Source: Elusimicrobiota bacterium (lineage in GTDB: Bacteria; CG03; SLGR01; JBDRKX01). From it: a stretch of DNA of 10,660 nucleotides. The stretch is from the NCBI GenBank assembly GCA_043813605.1, contig JBDRKX010000083.1:1-10660 (forward strand). Reading direction: 5' to 3'. The position numbers and the translations under genes were made by a program. Position 1 is the first letter of the stretch; every line of letters starts with the position of its first letter. Under the pieces are notes generated by a model that saw only the letters and a program-made list of their open reading frames with translations, searched no databases and was not told the origin of the DNA. Positions 1 to 4,472 of the stretch are shown in pieces.

Positions 1-150
1 GGATAGGTCTGTCATTACAAAATATAGAAACTAATTCTAAATAATAGACCTACTTTTAAAGTTTTTCACAGGAACATTTCTTAAAAGTTATATTTTATTC
101 AATTATTGAGCTTTTTGAATTCTTATTATGACACAGCCTGGAAGCGGCGG

Positions 151-174
151 AGCGGAGCGTTAGCTCCGTTTTTT
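151..174 (+). terminator. Possible intrinsic terminator hairpin
   Basis: Stem GCGGAGC (152-158), loop GTTA, GCTCCGT (163-169, one G-U pair), followed by a T run to 174. Confidence 0.4.
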
Positions 175-211
175 ATATAGGTTTCCAGTGTTATAAAATC
201 TTGCCGGATTC

Positions 212-488
212 TTAGATTTTTCCCATCTGATTATGTATGAAATTCGGCAGTTCTACCGGGATGATTCGAAATTTATGCGGGAGGGCCGCCATCTCAGACT
301 TTTTGAGGCTATTTATATTATCGGCATCTGAAAGAAAATAATCCCCGCCCGGCGTCTGCCCGCCGCTCCTCGGACTATCACCCTCGACTCCGGCTTGCAA
401 ACTAACCCCTCCAGAACGGAATTTTCTTTAAGAATTGTTTTCAGGCGGCTCCGGAAAAATAAATTTCGTAGAAATTTATTTGTTCAAA
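212..488 (-). pseudogene. Remnant 3' end of a serine recombinase gene, inverted paralog of 2091..3530
   Basis: ORF 212..400 translates QAGVEGDSPRSGGQTPGGDYFLSD vs QAGAEGDSPRSGEQTAGGDYFVSD in the LSR. 406..459 matches LSR 3216..3269. A 121-bp internal deletion shifts the frame. No N-terminal part is present. Confidence 0.75.
286..488 (-). repeat. Left arm of long imperfect inverted repeat (partner 3177..3510)
   Basis: Reverse complement: 406..459 = 3216..3269 (53/54); 326..405 = 3391..3470 (76/80); 286..325 vs 3471..3510 (24/40); 479..488 = 3177..3186 (10/10). Confidence 0.95.
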
Positions 489-696
489 ACATGAATATTT
501 CTGAAATAGATATTTTTAATGCTTTAGATATTTTTTCAATGTTCAGGAGCGTTATATTCTTTTCGGCTCTTTCTATCATCCCAATATAGGTCCGGTGAAC
601 ACCTGCTAAATGAGCGAATTCTTCCTGGGAAAGCTCTTTCTTTAATCTTTCTTCCCTTACACGATTCCCAAATTTTATTAATATGTTCTTTTTCAT
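484..696 (-). CDS. XRE-family helix-turn-helix regulator, similar to restriction-modification controller (C) proteins
   Basis: FGNRVREERLKKELSQEEFAHLAGVHRTYIGMIERAEKNITLLNIEKISKAL is a typical HTH_3/C-protein pattern. ATG at 696 (70 aa) is preferred over 705 because of promoter spacing. Confidence 0.9.
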   Translation of the reverse strand: MKKNILIKFGNRVREERLKKELSQEEFAHLAGVHRTYIGMIERAEKNITLLNIEKISKALKISISEIFMF

Positions 697-781
697 GCTA
701 ATCATAGTATATATCTGCTGTCTTCTGGTCTACATACTACGATTAGCATTGACAAATTTACAGATGCATACTACAATTAGC
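695..781. promoter_or_regulatory. Divergent promoter region with three operator-like boxes (ATACTAYRATTAGC)
   Basis: Boxes at 695..710 (inverted), 733..749 and 767..781. Plus-strand promoter TTGACA(749-754)-N17-TACAAT(772-777). Candidate minus-strand promoter TAGACC(732-727)-N17-TACTAT(709-704). Confidence 0.75.
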
Positions 782-784
782 GAT

Positions 785-1162
785 ATGAATAATATTATGT
801 GTGCTGTTTCTACTACTATATTAGTTATTGATGATGATCCTGATATTTTGAAAACTTTAAAGCATATGCTTGAATGCTCAAACTATACCGTCGATTCCGC
901 TTGCTGTGAAAAAGAAGCATTGTCTATTATTGAAAAAAAACATATTAATATTGTACTTTCCGATTATAATCTTGGAACAGATAACGGTCTTGATCTACTC
1001 GAGAAAATCCGCAAACAAAAACCTGAAATTAAAACAATCCTCATGTCCGGCGCTTTCTGTCCAAATGAAACCGATATGCATCGAATTGATGATTTTCTTT
1101 CAAAACCATTTGATTTACATAAACTTAGATCAACAATCAATAAAACATTGAATAAAGAATAA
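785..1162 (+). CDS. Single-domain response regulator (CheY-like receiver)
   Basis: ILVIDDD acidic pocket, VLSDY phospho-acceptor Asp, LMSG Ser, SKPF Lys-Pro. Start placed at ATG 785, just downstream of the -10 box; the 683 start overlaps the HTH gene and the promoter. Confidence 0.88.
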   Translation: MNNIMCAVSTTILVIDDDPDILKTLKHMLECSNYTVDSACCEKEALSIIEKKHINIVLSDYNLGTDNGLDLLEKIRKQKPEIKTILMSGAFCPNETDMHRIDDFLSKPFDLHKLRSTINKTLNKE

Positions 1163-1224
1163 AGGGAGAGACTGGCAGCTTTTTTCAAGTCCCTTTCTTG
1201 CCCGACAATCAGTTCATTTCCATA

Positions 1225-1253
1225 TTGACATATTACCATACGTAATATATAAT
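1225..1253 (+). promoter_or_regulatory. Consensus sigma70 promoter with operator-like inverted repeat in the spacer
   Basis: TTGACA(1225-1230)-N17-TATAAT(1248-1253). ATATTAC(1230-1236)-N5-GTAATAT(1242-1248). GGAG RBS at 1276-1279 before ATG 1287. Confidence 0.8.
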
Positions 1254-1286
1254 ATAATTAGTGTAAGGTAACCATGGAGTAATAAA

Positions 1287-1589
1287 ATGCAAGATTTAAA
1301 TGAGATTATCAAGGAAATAAGGCTTCAAAAAAAGTTTTATAGTGATTTAAAACTGAAATTAAAAAGTGAGATCGCTGCATTGCCTAAGGGCAGCATCCAA
1401 AAACGAATAATCAAAAACCACCCCTACTACTATCTGCAATATCGTAACAAAGGGAAAATCACACATGATTACTTAGGCAAAAAAATTAAGCCAGAGTTTG
1501 TTGAACAAGTTAAAATACGGCAGAAATATGAAGCAGACATAAGGCCAATCAATGAAAAATTGAAACTTTTGAAGAAGTTTAAAGTATAA
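1287..1589 (+). CDS. Small basic hypothetical protein, probably nucleic-acid binding
   Basis: 100 aa, Lys-rich, has RBS and promoter. Central motif LPKGSIQKRIIKNHPYYYLQYRNKGKITHDYLGK is flanked by helical segments; it resembles DUF6788-like small proteins of mobile regions (from recall, unverified). Confidence 0.7.
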   Translation: MQDLNEIIKEIRLQKKFYSDLKLKLKSEIAALPKGSIQKRIIKNHPYYYLQYRNKGKITHDYLGKKIKPEFVEQVKIRQKYEADIRPINEKLKLLKKFKV

Positions 1590-1599
1590 GAGGAGTGAC

Positions 1600-2091
1600 A
1601 TGAAAAAATATAAAACCAATTGTATTGTATGCTGGAAAAAAATTGACGTATCCTTCGAGCCCTCTGTTGAATCAGTCCAATGCGTAGACGTTATCTGCTG
1701 TAAAAAAGACCGTCAAAGACATAAACAGGTCTTAGTTGTTGATGATGAGAATTCTATTTTAAACCTCGTTGAGCGGGCATTAACAAAACAGGGTATTGAT
1801 GTAACAACTTCAACAACAAGCCATCAGGCTTTAGGCAAGATTAAGACCGGCGAGCATTTTGACTTAGTAATCTCCGATTATGAGCTTAGAGAAACCCTCG
1901 GGCTTTCTTTGCTTTCTAAAATTCTATTGATCAGACCCAAGACTAAAACGATTCTTATGTCCGGCTATAGTCTCACAAGCAATGAAGTTTCAGTAATGCC
2001 CATAAATGGATATTTACAAAAACCATTTGAACTGAAAGTCCTAAAATCAGTAGTCCAAAAAGTCTTAAACAAAAAAGGAGGCAAACAATAA
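1600..2091 (+). CDS. Response regulator receiver with N-terminal Cys-rich (zinc-ribbon-like) extension
   Basis: AGGAG RBS 1591-1595. CIVC-x16-CVDVICC N-terminus. VVDDE, ISDY, LMSG and QKPF receiver motifs. Stop overlaps the LSR start (TAATG). Confidence 0.88.
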   Translation: MKKYKTNCIVCWKKIDVSFEPSVESVQCVDVICCKKDRQRHKQVLVVDDENSILNLVERALTKQGIDVTTSTTSHQALGKIKTGEHFDLVISDYELRETLGLSLLSKILLIRPKTKTILMSGYSLTSNEVSVMPINGYLQKPFELKVLKSVVQKVLNKKGGKQ

Positions 2092-3530
2092 TGAAAAAGT
2101 GCGCTATCTATACAAGGGTTTCTACTGATATGCAGGCTGAAAAAGAATATAATTCCTGCCAATCACAAGAAACTAAAATCCGGGCATTCATTGAAAGCCA
2201 GGACAAATGGGACGTTTATCAGGTCTATTCTGATGAAGGATATAGCGGAGCCACGCTTCAGAGGCCCGGATTCCAGAAAATGCTTAGCGATATTGAGAAT
2301 ATAGATATTATCCTGTTCTACAAAATGGATCGTCTTACCCGGTCGCCTAAAGACTTTTATCAGTTGGTAGAACTTTTTGAAAAACATGAGGTTGATTTTA
2401 TCTCTATTACCGAAAGATTTGATACGTCAACTCCTGCCGGGAGACTTCTCAGGAATATAATGTTGACATTCGGGCAATTTGAGAGGGAACTTACAAGCGA
2501 GCGGGTTAAAGATAAAATGTTTGAACGGGCAAAGCTGGGATTCTGGAATGGGGGATTTATTCCCTATGGATATAATAATGTAAGCAAAAAGCTCCTAATA
2601 AATAAGGAAGAAGCCGAGGTTGTGAAATTCGTATATGAAACATTCATTGAAACAGAATCCTTATTCAAGACATACAGAACCGTCAAAAAGGCGGGGATAA
2701 GAACCCGCGGCGGAAATGTATTCGATAAGAGTATGCTCTATAAAATGCTTAGAAATCCCATCTATACAGGCAGAACAAGATATGGCGAAAAATCTTATCA
2801 GGGAATACACGAAGCGATAATATCTGATGATATGTTCGAACTGGCGCGGAATTACCATAAAAAGAGGTTTCTTCCGAACAAACCATTCAGGGATTACGCA
2901 TTTGCGGGCATAGTAAAATGTGGGGAATGTAGCTCCCATATGACGCCGACCTACGCCTACAAAGATAAAAAAGGAGTGAGGAAAAGATACAATTATTACC
3001 GCTGCACAAAAACATATCATCAGGACTGGTACTCCTGTTCGGTTAGACAGATAAATTCAGCAAGGCTGGAAAAGTATGTTTTTGAGAATCTTGAGAGGAT
3101 ATCCAATGATATGGCATACATAGATAACCTGATATTCCGCCTAAACCATACCCTGCAACCGCCCTACCGGGAGGGATTTGAACAAACTGCTGAAAACTTT
3201 CCGTTTTCAGCAAATTTTTTCCGGAACCGCCTGAAAACAATTCTTAAAGAAAATTCCGTTCTGGAGGGGGTTGAAAGAAATATTTTCCTGAGAAAAGAGA
3301 TTCAGGACATTATTTATTCCAAAGAAAAGATAGTTATAAATTTCATTGACACCGATTATAGCGGCGATAGCCGCGAAAATTTTAGAGGGGTTAGTTTGCA
3401 AGCCGGAGCCGAGGGTGATAGTCCGAGGAGCGGCGAGCAGACGGCGGGCGGGGATTATTTTGTTTCAGATTCTGTTAATAAAAACAGGTTCGAAAAAAGC
3501 TTAGTGGCGGAGACTTTCAAACTACGTTAG
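2091..3530 (+). CDS. Large serine recombinase (resolvase catalytic + recombinase + zinc-ribbon domains)
   Basis: YTRVST with catalytic Ser11, YSDEGYSGATLQRPG, DRLTR, FGQFERELTSERV, PYGY, LRNPIYTG, HEAIIS, CGEC...YYRC...C. AAGGAGG RBS 2075-2081. Confidence 0.95.
   Translation: MKKCAIYTRVSTDMQAEKEYNSCQSQETKIRAFIESQDKWDVYQVYSDEGYSGATLQRPGFQKMLSDIENIDIILFYKMDRLTRSPKDFYQLVELFEKHEVDFISITERFDTSTPAGRLLRNIMLTFGQFERELTSERVKDKMFERAKLGFWNGGFIPYGYNNVSKKLLINKEEAEVVKFVYETFIETESLFKTYRTVKKAGIRTRGGNVFDKSMLYKMLRNPIYTGRTRYGEKSYQGIHEAIISDDMFELARNYHKKRFLPNKPFRDYAFAGIVKCGECSSHMTPTYAYKDKKGVRKRYNYYRCTKTYHQDWYSCSVRQINSARLEKYVFENLERISNDMAYIDNLIFRLNHTLQPPYREGFEQTAENFPFSANFFRNRLKTILKENSVLEGVERNIFLRKEIQDIIYSKEKIVINFIDTDYSGDSRENFRGVSLQAGAEGDSPRSGEQTAGGDYFVSDSVNKNRFEKSLVAETFKLR
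3177..3510 (+). repeat. Right arm of long imperfect inverted repeat, inside the LSR 3' end (partner 286..488)
   Basis: See left arm. 3270..3390 has no counterpart on the left. Confidence 0.95.
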
Positions 3531-3611
3531 AACCTTCGCCCAAAACAATTATATAATATTTTCCTGTGAATAATCAAAAAAAACAGTCTTTTATCCCTAA
3601 AATTAACTAAT

Positions 3612-4065
3612 GCAACCGCTTCGCTTGCGCTCAGCGGAGAAATCCCCGCCCTGAACCCTGAGAATTAACTTCAGGCCGACCCCTCCGTCTCGGAGGCCGA
3701 CCCAAATTTCCCCGCCCTCGATAGCCAGTCGCTTTTTTGCGACTTCCGCCTTCTGCGGTTTGTCCTTCGGACATAGCAGCTGTCGCGCTTACCCGAATCT
3801 CCTGCCCCGCATCCTGCGACACATTGCCTGTCTGCCGTGCCGTCACAGGCAGGCGTCTTGTCTGCGTCCTTCCCGAATCGCTCGACCGCTTTTGCTACTT
3901 TCAGCGGCATTAGCGACCTCGCGTAAAATCTCCGCCCCATTTTCCTCTAGCCTGCGTGGACGGCGCAAGCAGACAACAAGGAAAATGCTCCCCTAAATAA
4001 TAAATCGCGGCGCTTCCAGATTAGACAGATATTTTGCGCTTCGATTAATTCCCGACCGCGTTAAT
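3612..4065. other. GC-rich non-coding segment with tandem hairpins (structured RNA or ssDNA element candidate)
   Basis: Stems at 3616-3637, 3682-3696, 3727-3744, 3746-3758, 3761-3773, 3781-3821, 3826-3854, and long-range 3858-3865 with 3970-3977. The overlapping ORFs are not protein-like. Confidence 0.5.
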
Positions 4066-4181
4066 GCTTTTTTCTGAATTCATTTCTCCGGATTTTTCTT
4101 TTTCGCGCTACTGATTTTGTCTTATTTTTTGATATATCTATTCTGATTTCCTTCGTTACTTCAACAACAGCTGGATTTAAA

Positions 4182-4472
4182 TCACAGTATTTCTTCTACA
4201 GGGAGGACAAATACTTTGACCCCTTCTTTTAAGTTTTGTTCTTTAAATATTTTTATTTTAGCCATTATTTCATCCTTTTTAACTTCATCTACAGCTATGA
4301 TCAGACCGTTGTTGAATCCGGGCCATATAGCATTGTCAAGATGAGGGTCCGAATGGGTGCCTGCGCCGTGCATCCTGACAATCTTTGTAAATGTATTTAT
4401 TCCGCATTTTGTCGCGCATTCCATTATCTCAGTTTCTATTGCCGCGTTATAAGATATGAATAATAGCTTCAT
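4182..4472 (-). CDS. PII-like transporter-associated protein (PG0541-like family)
   Basis: 96 aa with FTK...HGAGTHSDPHLDNAIWPGFN and VKVFVLPVEE motifs. ATGA overlap with the RND permease stop. Confidence 0.8.
   Translation of the reverse strand: MKLLFISYNAAIETEIMECATKCGINTFTKIVRMHGAGTHSDPHLDNAIWPGFNNGLIIAVDEVKKDEIMAKIKIFKEQNLKEGVKVFVLPVEEIL

Larger units (their letters stand above)
212..3530. mobile_element. Serine-recombinase module or small genomic island, possibly invertible; true ends not defined
   Basis: LSR plus XRE regulator, AT-rich cargo (484-2090 looks more AT-rich than the efflux operon) and flanking inverted homology. Confidence 0.55.

Noticed and set aside
395..589. ORFs 395..589 (+) and 3207..3401 (-), both starting MQTNPS
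   Set aside because: Antisense by-products of the inverted repeat, overlapping real genes.
484..696. Restriction-modification system implied by the C-protein-like gene
   Set aside because: No methyltransferase or endonuclease gene in the window.
683..784. Longer N-terminus for receiver 1 from the ORF track
   Set aside because: Overlaps the HTH gene start and the promoter/operator boxes; ATG 785 fits better.
3505..3534. TGGCGGAGA...TTAGAACC resembling the reverse complement of a tRNA 3' end (also TGGCGG...TTCGAATC in the left arm)
   Set aside because: Spacing is too long for acceptor stem plus T-arm, and no T-stem or cloverleaf forms. Not called as a tRNA or tRNA-derived att site.
3673..3880. 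Short direct repeats as a possible CRISPR array or iteron set
   Set aside because: Only pairs of 8-10 bp, with no regular repeat-spacer period.
3631..3996. Three short overlapping ORFs in the GC-rich segment
   Set aside because: No RBS, Arg/Gly/Ser-rich low-information translations, expected by chance in GC-rich DNA.
4011..4019. CGCTTCCAG matching the reverse complement of 138-146 as an outer terminal inverted repeat
   Set aside because: Only 9 bp, not extendable, no target duplication; compatible with chance.
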